NCBI RefSeq assembly: GCF_006345805.1
Contig: NC_043004.1
Location: forward strand, 27,590,001 to 27,654,000
Direction: 5' to 3'
Length of the DNA stretch: 64,000 nt
DNA from: Octopus sinensis
Lineage: Eukaryota
A model generated the notes under the pieces. That model searched no databases, was not told the DNA's origin, and worked only from the letters and a program-made list of their open reading frames with translations. Position numbers and translations under genes: made by a program. Shown here piece by piece: positions 52,625 through 64,000 of this stretch. Numbering within the stretch: position 1 is the stretch's first letter; each line of letters begins with the position of its first letter.

Positions 52625-52659
<35 letters not shown>

Positions 52660-52739
52660 AATGTATATATGTATATGTAATATGAATAGTAAATATATAT
52701 ATGTATATATACATACGTATACATACATACTTACATGCA

Positions 52740-53430
52740 TACGTATATACATATGCAAATGTGGGCACAGGACATCACAAAACATAAACAACAAAAAATA
52801 CGAAGTACAAAGACATGGAATAAGGACTTTTTTCTGCAAGCAATGAAAGAAACAAATGCAAAACAAGACAAGCGATGCAAGAAACGACCCTTCATCAGTT
52901 GTCGACTGTTTTCTAATCCATATTTCAAGCAACCCTCAACCCTCAACACTTTCGATAGAACAGTTGCTCTCGCACAACAAATTAAATATAACTTGTGACC
53001 TTGTGTGTGTGGGGGGGGGGTGATAAGATTGGTGATAAAAATAGGACAGTGAAAAGAAACAGGAAGGGCTACTAAGCCTATACGAGGTTGTGGTGGTTAA
53101 TGCGAAGAAACAAGTCTGGACAAGAGACAGAGAACAATACGTCTTCCCGTCCAGTTGAAACAGGAAGAAAGAAAGAAGCACAAGTTAGAAGATTGGCCGA
53201 TGGTCATGTGGGGGCAACGTGAGTAAAGGAGGAAGAGTGAGGGAGAGAGAGTGAGAGAGAACTGTGAAGAGGAGAAGAAAAGATTTGGAGACAGGATAAG
53301 AGCGAAAAAAGAGAGAAGGAGAAGAGGAGACAAAAGAAAGGAAGAGAGAAAACGAAAGAGTAAAAGGATAGAATAGTGGGAGAAGAGAGATAAAAACAAA
53401 AGAATAATAGGGAGAAGAGTTGCATCAGAG
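52740..53430 (-). repeat. Dispersed repeat, probably Penelope-like; inverted homolog at 58850-59440
   Basis: Shared GTGGGCACAGGAC..ACGACCCTTCATCAGTTG and CA/AGAAAGAAAGA..GATGGTC/TAC segments. Confidence 0.55.
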
Positions 53431-53566
53431 TTAATAAGATAAAACTTACTTGGAAAAGGATATATATATATATGTATGTATGTATCTATGTATATATATA
53501 TATGTGTGTATGTGTATGAAGGTGCATGGCTCAGTGGTTAGAGCGTTGAGCTTACGAGTCGGCAAG

Positions 53567-53720
53567 ACATATGCAGAAAGATAAAGATAAAGGTGTACAA
53601 GGCGTGTGTGCTCCCTTCTCTTGTCTATGCCTGCAAGACTTGGGACACATATCGATACCACCTTAAACAACTGGAACGTTTCCATCAGATGTGCCTCAGA
53701 CGGATCTATGGCATTAAGTG
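53567..53720 (+). mobile_element. RTE ORF fragment directly after a truncated SINE head (53520-53566)
   Basis: KIKVYKACVLPSLVYACKTWDTYRYHLKQLERFHQMCLRRIYGIKW. Confidence 0.85.
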
Positions 53721-54430
53721 GGAAAATATAGCTAATAACTCTTTATTTGTTGATTTATGGCAAATGAGTTCATAACTGGAGTTCGGAACTCTGGTGGGGA
53801 AAAAATTTCGCATCCAGGCCATAGATTCACGGGTAGAAGGCAAACGATAATAGAAGAAAATGAGATACTTAATTTGATTAGTAAAGTGCACGAACGAGAA
53901 AAGACATATTCAATTTAACATTTATTATAAAACAGCAATAAATTACTTACAAAATATCATGAATTACCGCACTTGAAACAACTTTTTAAAAATATTTACA
54001 TTGTTTACTTCTGTAAGTAGTTCCTGTTGACTCTAAAATAAGAATTTTCAATAAATACTTATGAAATGCTTTTACACTGCATTTCGTATGCAGTCAACCA
54101 AATTTAACTTTTCCTTTACAGCAGAGGATTTCCTCTTAGGCATAGTGTATTCATGCGGTAATTTTTTTTTTTTTAATATCTGCAAGGTAGCTTGAAATTG
54201 TAATGAATGAAGTGGAATATGATCTCCCTTTTATATAAATTGTACCTCCAAGGTGTTAATTACTTCCTTTAAATATTAATTTATTTGACTCATTTAAACA
54301 CTTTGATTGGCAGAAGCTTCTTCAAACAATTCAAGCAAATCATGGAAAACAGTCAAAAGCACTTACCAACCAAAAAGGTGTTTTCATCACAAAATCAAAG
54401 AAATTATGCACACAATACATGTAAGTAGCA

Positions 54431-54457
54431 CCCAATCATATGGTAACCGATGGCAAC
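54431..54457. promoter_or_regulatory. Adjacent CCAAT box and RFX X-box-like motif
   Basis: CCAAT at 54432-54436; GTAACC-GAT-GGCAAC at 54443-54457 fits GTNRCC(N0-3)RGYAAC; lies in unique sequence. Confidence 0.3.
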
Positions 54458-55897
54458 ATTTCCAAGCTGTTGATTAAGGTATGTATTTCATTGAAATTCG
54501 CTGAAATTCTGTTTTTAATCAAGGTTCTTGCAAGTTGTGAGTGATAATGAGAGAAATTCTGATTCAAATTATTTTGGGGTCCATCAAACCACCTGCGTTA
54601 TATGTGGAGACACGGTATAGCAAGGTGCCTTATAAACAGGGAGCACTGTATTAATGTTTTTTGACAACAGAGAGTAAATATTCCAGTTAAAATATTTTCA
54701 TGCTAGAAATTCTTTTGGTATATGAGTTACTGAGATGGAACAAATTTTTGTCAGCAAATTTATTGAGGGAATAACAAGAGAAACAAAATACATGCTGTCC
54801 AACAGTACCACCATAGTGCATGCATATACACATTCCATTAAGGTTAAGAAAATTTAATAGTAGTTGATAACTAGGGTTAATTTCCTTGATTGATTTCCTT
54901 CCCTCAGAATTCCATACAGAGCTACAAAATTGGTGAAAGAGGTTAGCTTATTGCATTGAAACCAGTACTTGACTAATGCTTTATTTCAACAACACTGGAG
55001 CAGGATATGAACATAAAATGCTTTAAAAATTCAGAGCAAATAACACACAGCATTCTAATAATTCTCTCTATATATAATCTAGAATTGCTAGAAAAGATAT
55101 AGGGCAACAGGGTGAGAAATGAGGTGCTTTCACTGCATTTTTGACTTGGAGACAAAATATATTTGTAACAAGTGTTAACTACCTTCCCTAAATGTATTAA
55201 AAGCATTATAACATATGTATGTCTACATGTATATGTGTATATATAAAAACCTGACCAGGTTAGGACATAAATCAGGTCCTGAGAGGCACATGTGAAGTTG
55301 GTTTTAATCAAAAATATTTCTCCTTGCAGGAATGTGAATTCCGAGCCTTCAGCTAGCTTTGGGCATGTATCACAATTAGGTCATCCGCATTTTTTAACTG
55401 TTGGTGTCGTATGTACCGAGTACTGTTTTCATCTGTTAGGAGTCTCTCAACTGATTTGTGTTGTCTTTTGCATTTGATTGTGGCCACAACCCTTTTTCCC
55501 CAATTTTTCAAAATTGCAATTATTTTTATTTTTCCCTTTTCCTGTAGAAATTAACTCTCATATATTCAATAAAATGCTGAGGCAGTAGCTGTCCCCCCCC
55601 TTCCCGCCCTTGCTACCTGTTACCTCCCTTTATACACTCTCTCCATTCATTTTCACTTCTCCAGAAATCCGAAATGGTGTGACCCCCATGTCTCAATGAA
55701 TTATCACTTCCCAATGTCCCTTGAAAAGCTAATTTAAATAGTGAAAACCGTTGGATATCACTACATGCTATGAGATTTTGCAATCAATAAAATATATTTT
55801 TTAATAAAAAGATATTAAAACTATGTGAAATGAAGACATTTCTCTTCCCCTTTTTTATGTTTTACACATATTTTCACTTATACAAATATATACATAT

Positions 55898-55934
<37 letters not shown>

Positions 55935-56199
55935 TATATAGATGTATATATATATATATGTACAAATATATTTATAGTAGAGGAGAATGAAAACACAAAT
56001 CCTAGGCAGTCAACTAAATTCCTGAACGCATAAATGAAGATATTCAATCAATGTAATTGAATCATATATATTTATACATTATTTATACATTATATGTATT
56101 ATTATTATTATTATTATTATATTATTATTTTATAGTAGACTTAAATAAATCTAATCTTTCTACACTTATTAATTCATACTCAGCTTATATATGGTAATA

Positions 56200-57720
56200 C
56201 CGGTATAGTTGAATTTAATTAAATCAGTATATAGTTAACATGTTCTTTAACCTCAGTTGCTCCCTTATTAAATACCAGTTAAAGCCACTTGATCAATCTC
56301 CATAGAAACCATATAATAAGTTAATATTTAGATAAGTAATAAGTAAATATTGAACTATTTCTTTGCAATTTTCTTTTCTTCCCTCTATTGTGGTAAAAAT
56401 TTTGTAAATACTCAAAATATTCAAAGAAGTTTTATCCTTTTATTAAAATTTCATTCTTAATAATCTTCTTGATTACCCTAAATTTTAACTTTATACAATA
56501 AGACAATATTGTTTGAAATTATCTTTAGAAATTACTTGATTTATCTTTTTCTTAAAGAGCTCTACCCTCCTGATCTTAGTATTTATAAGGGCCTTTATAT
56601 AAATAACCCTCCTAAACAAGTACCACTAAGAAACTATAATTATCATGTAGGGAGTAACAATAGTAAACTATTAAACGTATAATATAACCCTTAGTTTTTA
56701 AAAAAAGACTAGTGTAAAATATGAATGTTCTTTTACTTAAAGATTCCTTTAGCTGATACCAGACATCAGTCTTTCATTGATATTAGCTAAATAAGTAAAT
56801 ATATAATTTTTAGTCTAATATATTTTGAGTTATTATACTTTTTCTAAACAAATCTCTATTGGTGTTAATTAGCTCTGTATACTTTACCATAGTATCAGTA
56901 ATTAAGCTATTTGATTATTTTATTTTATTTCTTTATTATTTTATAATTAGCCTTTATTTCATCATCATCATCATCGTTTAACGTCTGTTTTCCATGCAAG
57001 CATGGGTTGGACGGTTCAGCTGGGGTCTGGGAAGCCAGAAGGCTGTGCCAGGGCCAGTCTGATCTGGCAGTGTTTCTACGACTGGATGCCCTTCCTAACG
57101 CCATTTAATTTTTGTATCTCTATAATTTCCTACTTAGCTCATATAAAACTATACTGGCATATTCTCTACTTATAAAAAACTGATTAGATTATAATATTAA
57201 TATATAATTAGCATGTTGTTTTGCCTCAATACTCCTTTATTAATACCAATATATACCAATTAATCAATATTCACCCCTTAACTGTCAGCTAACATCTTGT
57301 TTTAAGTTTTCCTTTACCAAACTTCATGATATTGCTTCTAATAAATCTTGATTTTTATGACTATACCAACTATAAAGTCTGTCTGCTCCCTCAGCCCTAC
57401 CCCTAACAGATACTGCTCTCTGTTCTCTCAGCCTTAGATACACAAGGATTTGATAAACTAATCTATAAATTAAAACTAACCCCATAAAAACAAAAAAATC
57501 AGTGACTGGCAGAGTCTGTAATAATGTATATCTTTTTGATATCTTGGTAACTTCTGTGCTGGAGTGGAGACAGCATGTTCTTTGTCTATCTCCTTAACTT
57601 CTTGGAGATTTTAGGCATAATTAAACTAATATGTCCATCTTTTCTAATTTAATTAAATCCTATATCTTTGTGCAGCTGAGGATTGCTCTGCATTTTAAAT
57701 TGATGTAATGACTGCATTGT
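56200..57720. mobile_element. Very AT-eroded LINE-like remnant, interrupted by a young RTE tail (56960-57105, minus)
   Basis: Weak resemblance to RTE coding sequence; the nested RTE tail is clear. Confidence 0.35.
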
Positions 57721-57786
57721 TCAATTAAATGGAGTTGCATGAAACGATCGTACTACATTACCTCTGGATATGCTTGTTGCTTATTT

Positions 57787-57826
<40 letters not shown>

Positions 57827-58469
57827 GTGGTAACAGAAAGGAGGAATTTCGACTATCCCCACGTGGTGAGTTGTAATATATGTAAGAAATTAAAAAAAGA
57901 AAATATGCACATTTTACATAGTTTTTAATATATTGACCGGTTTCGCTATCGCTACTCATGATATTATGGTTTACTTATTTGAATATGTATTTTCCAAAGA
58001 AGAAATTTTATCCATGTGTGTGATGATATTTATGAGCGAATGACTTCACAAGTAGAACAATAAGGCGAGGTAACTGATTATCGCTATTATTGTTATTGTT
58101 GTGGGTTAGGGAGATAACTGTTCAGCTTTCGGTAAGGAGAAGGGAATATATATGTACAGAGAAAAAACGGTTTCGAAAAACTTGTTTAGTGAGGGGATTT
58201 ATACACAGTGATGTAATCGTGAATTGAAATATGTAAAAAGATAAAAGTTGGTTATGCATGCATATTAAGACGTATTCTGTATTTTTCAATGAAAAAGTTT
58301 CTTTATTTAAACGTTTTTGTGGAGAGATTGTGTCTTTGCACTTGTAGAAGGGGAAGACTGTGAAATTTGGTTTGATGTTATCTGCACATTTTTCTATATA
58401 TTCATAAATATATGTATATATAATCAAAATAAGCAACAAGAATGACTCCGGTAATTTGGTACGTTGCTG

Positions 58470-58471
58470 AA

Positions 58472-58539
<68 letters not shown>

Positions 58540-58693
58540 TGTATGTATATATATATGTATATATGTATATATATGTATATATATGTATATATGCATGTGG
58601 ATACATATGTATATATATGTATGTGTATATATATATATATATATATGTATGTATATATATGTATATATATATGTATATATGTATGTATATATG

Positions 58694-58753
<60 letters not shown>

Positions 58754-58800
58754 AGTATGTACATATACGTATATATGCATATATATATTATTTATATTAT
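58470..58800. repeat. Long (TA)n/(TATG)n microsatellite (similar tract at 47920-48340)
   Basis: Directly visible. Confidence 0.95.
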
Positions 58801-59541
58801 TATATGACCGGACGTCACGCATCCTCTTCCAAGTAAGTTTTATCTTAATAATCACGATGCGCACTCAATACGATCTTTTTACACTTTCGTTTTTCTATTT
58901 TTCTTTCTCTTATTCTTTTACCACCTCTTCTCCCACTATTCTATCCTATTACTCTGTCACTCTCAATGCCTCACTCCTCCTCCCTTGCTCACGTGGTTCT
59001 CACGTAACCATCAGCCATCTTTCTTTCTTCCTCTCCGTTGTAGCTGGAATAAGGAAGACGTGTTCTTGTTTGCCTCCTGATCTATCTTGATTTATGCGTT
59101 CTCTACCACGACCTCGTTTAGGATTAGTAGCCCATCCTGTTTGTTTTCTCTGACCTGTTTGTGTTAGCTATTTTAACCTTCCGTAAAATCCCAATTTTTT
59201 GTTTGATTTCCTTTATATGAGCAACTGTTTTATCGAAAGCGTATATTGTTGTTACATGCTCGAAATGCGAGACTACAAAAACGGCCAACAACTGATGAAG
59301 GGTCGTTCTTTATGTTGTTTATTTTGTTTTCCATTTGTGACTTTCGTTGTACGAAAGAATAGTTCATGCTCCATATAGTCGTCCTTCGTACTTTTTTGTT
59401 GTACACGTTTCATGACGTCCTGTGCCCACATATGCATATATATATTATCTATATTATTATATATATGTATATATATATGAAACAAAACCCAGAAGTCTCT
59501 TTGATCTAATGGTTCCTCAAAAGAATTGATCCCCCACCCCT

Positions 59542-60114
59542 GTGAACGCCCAGGCAGAAAAGGATAGGGGAGCCAAGGAAGCAGCAATGAGAAGGCCCTC
59601 TGTGCAACTGGTCCTACAAAGGAATGGAGCCCTCACTCCGTTGGACAACCAGAAAAAAGAAACTCCTACCACAAGAAAAGGAAGAACAGAACACAAACAC
59701 AAACATAAAGAAGGAAAGGAAGAAAAAGGAAAAGGCAAAAATGAAACAACCAAAACCGAAACCCCAACCTACCAAACAAAAAACAGAAAGCCATTTGGAG
59801 GATCCAATGCTATCCCAAACACTACAGGAAAGAAGAAATTTGGAAGGCGCTCAAGGACCTGCAGATTTTATTTGCAAGGCAAATGTTGGTATGGGAAAGA
59901 TGGCAGAAACTGCCGGTTTGCTCACCCGAAACCCTACCAAAACTACAGGGGGCTTAAGGAGAAAAACTTCCCTGAGGAAAGACAACAATCGTCTGCAAAG
60001 AAAAAATATATAAAAGAAGTGCGCTCTTCAGAGGTTACGCGCAAGGCAGCAGATGAGCAAGAATTTTTTTTTTTTTTGCGCATGGCGCAAAAGATTGTGC
60101 AGCAGCTGACCTGA
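59542..60114 (+). pseudogene. LINE ORF1-like basic protein with a CCCH zinc finger
   Basis: Lys-rich region followed by CRFYLQGKCWYGKDGRNCRFAH (C-x7-C-x8-C-x3-H); upstream of ORF2; start codon uncertain. Confidence 0.6.
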
Positions 60115-60177
60115 GTACATCAAGCGCATACAAGGAACATTGCCCACCACTGCGCAAGACCACCACAGATAACAGAC

Positions 60178-63070
60178 ATGAGATGGCCTCCTCTAACGCC
60201 TGCAGTCATCACACCAATATTTTTACTAAATACTGGGGTCCTGCTACATCATAATAAAAGTAAAATTTCTTTCCTGAGAGACCTCGCTGCATGCAATCAA
60301 GCCCTATGCATAGCACTCGAGGAAACTCATCTCAGCCCTGATATAGAGGACGCAGAAATACACGTACCAAACTATGCCATACTGTGAACAGACAGAAGGG
60401 AAATGAGCCATGCTGGAGTTGCTGTATACATCTGTGATGACCTCACACCCCAGAACTTACTATCGTACTCAAATTTAGTATATGATACTCTAATTGTATA
60501 CGTAAGACAACACAATATATTAATATGCAATACATATTGCCCACCAGATGCTCCAAACCACATACGCAAGTTTGAAGATTGCCTCACAAGAATTAAAGAA
60601 ATCCTCATGAAACTGGAACACCACGCAAGTATATTTCTTATGGGTGATTTCAACTTCGCCAACGTCAAATGGCCTGAATGTCTCATGCTCTCAGGAATGA
60701 TTCATTGCAAGCAAGCACTGGTGGAGTCCCTGCTCAACATCACCAATACCCTATTCATGAAGCAAGTTGTACTCAAACCAACTAGGTCAAACAACGTTTT
60801 GGATTTCTGCTCCACAAACAATATGGACATTGTTCATGATGTGAAAGTGACGCTATCATTAGTCTCGGATTACAACGTAATAGAGTTGTCTATGTTTGGG
60901 CCGAAAGCAACCAGAGACATACAACCTAAAGGAAGCACCCGAAATTTCTTCAATCTGAACTTCAACAAAGCAGACTGGAAATCGATCAAAAAGAGATCCT
61001 CAGACAGGACTGGCTGAAATGTCTCTCCACACCAGACATTGGCATGAAACTAGAATATTTCATGTCTGTTTTGCAAGCCATAAGTTAGAAATTTGTCCCA
61101 GAGCACATGGCCAAAACAAATAGGAACAAGATTCCAAGGGAGAGGATGATCCTCATGAGACGACAGACGAAAGTGCAAATCGACTCAACCAACATCCCAA
61201 AAGTAGTGAAAGATCCTGCCAAAAAAAAAACACTGATGGAAATTGAAAAAAGCCTGCAACAATACTATGCGATGGAGAGAGCAGACAAAGAAGCCTGTGT
61301 TATAAAAAACATTAAGTCAAACCCAAAGGCCTTCTTTCGTTACGCGAAAGAAACAGCCTCAGTATGCTGCAAGATAGGACCCCTCTTCGAAAAGGATGGC
61401 TCCCTCACAGACAGTCCAACTAGGATCAGTGAGGTACTGAATTACCAGTTCAAAAGTGTCTTTACCACCCCGTTGGAACACAGACAAGTGAACAAACCAG
61501 TGGACTTCTTTGCCGCCGCACCTGTAACCAGCGAGGCAGTTACGATGGAATACATCAACATTAACGAAGAAGATATACTACTAGACATAGATGAGTTGGA
61601 CGCAAACTCAACTGCTAGTTCTGATGGTTTCCCACCAATCCTCCTCAAAGCGTGTAAGCGTGCCCTGGCAAAACCCCTCCAGATTCTCTTCCAGAGCTTT
61701 CTTGCAAATGTCAGATTGCCAAACAAGCTGAAGGAGGGAATAATATGCACAATCCATAAAGGTGGAAGCAGAGCAGATGCTAAAAGCTATGGAGCTATCT
61801 CTCTGACTTCACACATCAGCAAAGTCATGGAACGGATAGTCAGAGGGAAACTAATCACATTCCTTGAAAAAAATAACTTGCTGAGTGATACCCAGCATGG
61901 CTTTCGACCAGGTAGGAGCTGCCTAATTCAGCTCTTACAACGTTATGACTGGGTGTTGAGGCAGTTACTCAATAACTCAAATGTGGATGTAATATACCTT
62001 GATTTTGCAAAAGCTTTTAACAAAGTGGATCATGGTATGATATGAAACAAACTGCATAACTTTGGCATAGTTGGAAAACTTGGAGAGTGGTTACATGACT
62101 TTCTGAAAGATAGAAGTCAGGCAGTAGTAGCCAATGGAACCACCTCAATGAAAACACAAATAGTGAGCGGTGTTCCACAGAGCACTGTCTTGGGACCATT
62201 GCTTTTCATAGTGGCTCTCTCAGATATGCCCTCAACAGTTTGGATAGCCACCCTTGCTAGCTACACAGACGATGCTAAAGTCTCACAGAAAATACAGAAA
62301 CCCAGCGATGCTGCACATCTGTAGTAGGAGTTGGACTCGATTTACAAATGGGTTGAGGATAATAATATACAGCTTAATGCTGAAAAATTCTAAGCCCTAT
62401 GCTACCAGCATCCAAAACTGAATATGAAACTTACAGGCTACACTGATCCACTGGAAATTACAATTATAGAGCCTAATTCAGTGAGGGATCTTGTTCTCGA
62501 CATGAGTAATGATACCTCTTTCCAAGTGCACATTACCAGGATGGTGACAAAGTGACGACGACTAGCTTGATGGATCGTAATAACATTCAGAACCAGAGAT
62601 AAGGAAACCATGATGATCCTATGGAGGACATTCGTCCTCAGCAGCCTGGATTACTGCACCCAGCTATGGTCACCCAACAGTGTAAAATTAACAGCGGATC
62701 TTGAAACATCCAGCGAAGATTCACAAAAAAGATTGTCTCATTGCCACAGCTCAGCTACTAGGAAAGGCTATAGCAGACAAGATTCTACTCCCTAGAGTGA
62801 AGGCAGGAGAGGTATGTAGTAATATACATCTGGAAGATCCTGGAAGGAATTGTGCCAAATTTTTGGCATTGAAAGCTACACCAATTCCAGAACTGGTTGT
62901 CACTGCATAGTGCCAAAGATCTCAGCAATGCCATCGCACTTCAGGACCATTCACTGCAACAGCCTGGGTTTCAGGGATCCACAGCTTTTTAATATTCTCC
63001 CAAAGAGCTTGAGGAACCTGCACAAAGTTGATACGGGCGTTTTTAAATCACGGCTGGGCCTCTTCCAGTG
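60178..63070 (+). pseudogene. LINE ORF2 (APE endonuclease and reverse transcriptase), broken by stops and frameshifts
   Basis: IALEETHL, YCPPD, MGDFNF, ISLTSHISKVME, QHGFRPGRSC, YLDFAKAFNKVDH, VPQSTVLGPLLF, YTDDAK. Confidence 0.92.
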
Positions 63071-63231
63071 AACCTACCTCACGGCAAGACATGCAAATGA
63101 GGTTAGCTACATTAAACGCCATTCTTCACCAAGTGCCGCATATTCAAGGAGGCTCCCAATAATAACAGAGTAGCAAAGCGGCGGTGCGTCAGAATGGCCA
63201 CAGCTCTGAGCTGAAACTACAATAAAAAATA

Positions 63232-63318
<87 letters not shown>

Positions 63319-63593
63319 CATATATATAACAGTTTTAAATTGATTTGGTACACAATATGATATGTTGTGGTCACCAGTTGTGACGATAATTTGTTATTAT
63401 TATTGCATACTATAAGATGTGAAAGATGAACAATGCATGATGTTTTATGAAAATATTTATTTACCGTTACGCTACAATACCTTGCCTCGACAGACAGGTT
63501 AATGATACATCCAAATGCATGCAAAGTAAAGTTTGTGTTTGTGTCCTCTTCATTGTTTAGTAGTAGTAATTGCTGAGAGACACAGAATGATGC

Positions 63594-63980
63594 TGTAAGA
63601 GAACAGAATTAGAGTTAGAGAGAATTGTAGTGTATTGTCTCACAGTTGCTTTCTCCCTCTGACCAAGGTTGGTCACCCAGACCTTGTTGAGTCGTCACCG
63701 ACTATGACTAACTCCGTTGAGTCGTCACGACTGTGATGAACTGATTTTTGCTTGGGGCGTGTTTGCTTATATAAAGATCCAGAAGGATAGATATATCATT
63801 GAGAGCAATAGATTTAGTTGGTGGTCTTGTTATCTCTATTCTAGCTTTTGGTGAAGTAGAAGAGGTTGGAAGGGGTCAAGTAGTGAAAGCATTATTTCGG
63901 CCTAGCTAAAGCCATCTGGAAAATGTAAAACTGCTGTCAGAGAAAAACCATTGTTTCACCATGGGAACAGTTCTGTTACA
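63594..63980. mobile_element. Element bounded by inverted repeats (solo LTR or MITE)
   Basis: TGTAAGAGAAC...GTTCTGTTACA (10/11 inverted match), internal direct repeat GTTGAGTCGTCAC twice, TATATAAA near 63768; no TSD, PBS or PPT found. Confidence 0.4.
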
Positions 63981-64000
63981 GCGTTAATTTAAATTTCGCT

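Larger units (their letters stand above)
59480..63230 (+). mobile_element. Near-full-length disabled CR1-group LINE
   Basis: ORF1 with a CCCH finger, APE endonuclease, RT and a 3' stem-loop tail; flanked by TA-rich microsatellites. Confidence 0.9.

Overview
AT-rich animal DNA with no prokaryotic features. The SINE/LINE families and long (TA)n, (CA)n and (GA)n tracts look like an octopus or other coleoid cephalopod genome (recognised from memory, not from a database search). Nearly all of the window is transposon remnants and microsatellites: many RTE LINE fragments, R4/Dong-type RLE LINEs, a Tx1/L1 fragment, a near-full-length but disabled CR1-group LINE, several tRNA-derived SINE families, hAT, mariner and piggyBac-MITE remnants, Helitron Rep, helicase and 3'-end remnants, and several foldback elements. 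I can support no intact host CDS, only weak exon and promoter candidates. Most ORFs in the supplied track are microsatellite artefacts. The most notable items are: (1) a canonical minimal type I hammerhead ribozyme (11371-11470, minus) plus a family of core-variant hammerhead-like motifs in Penelope-like terminal repeats; (2) a 2.3 kb hierarchical tandem array derived from an RTE 3' UTR; (3) an in-frame Tx1(APE)/R4(RT-RLE) junction; (4) a covarying stem-loop shared by SINE tails and the CR1 LINE 3' end; (5) several long inverted repeats. Coordinates of degraded elements are approximate.
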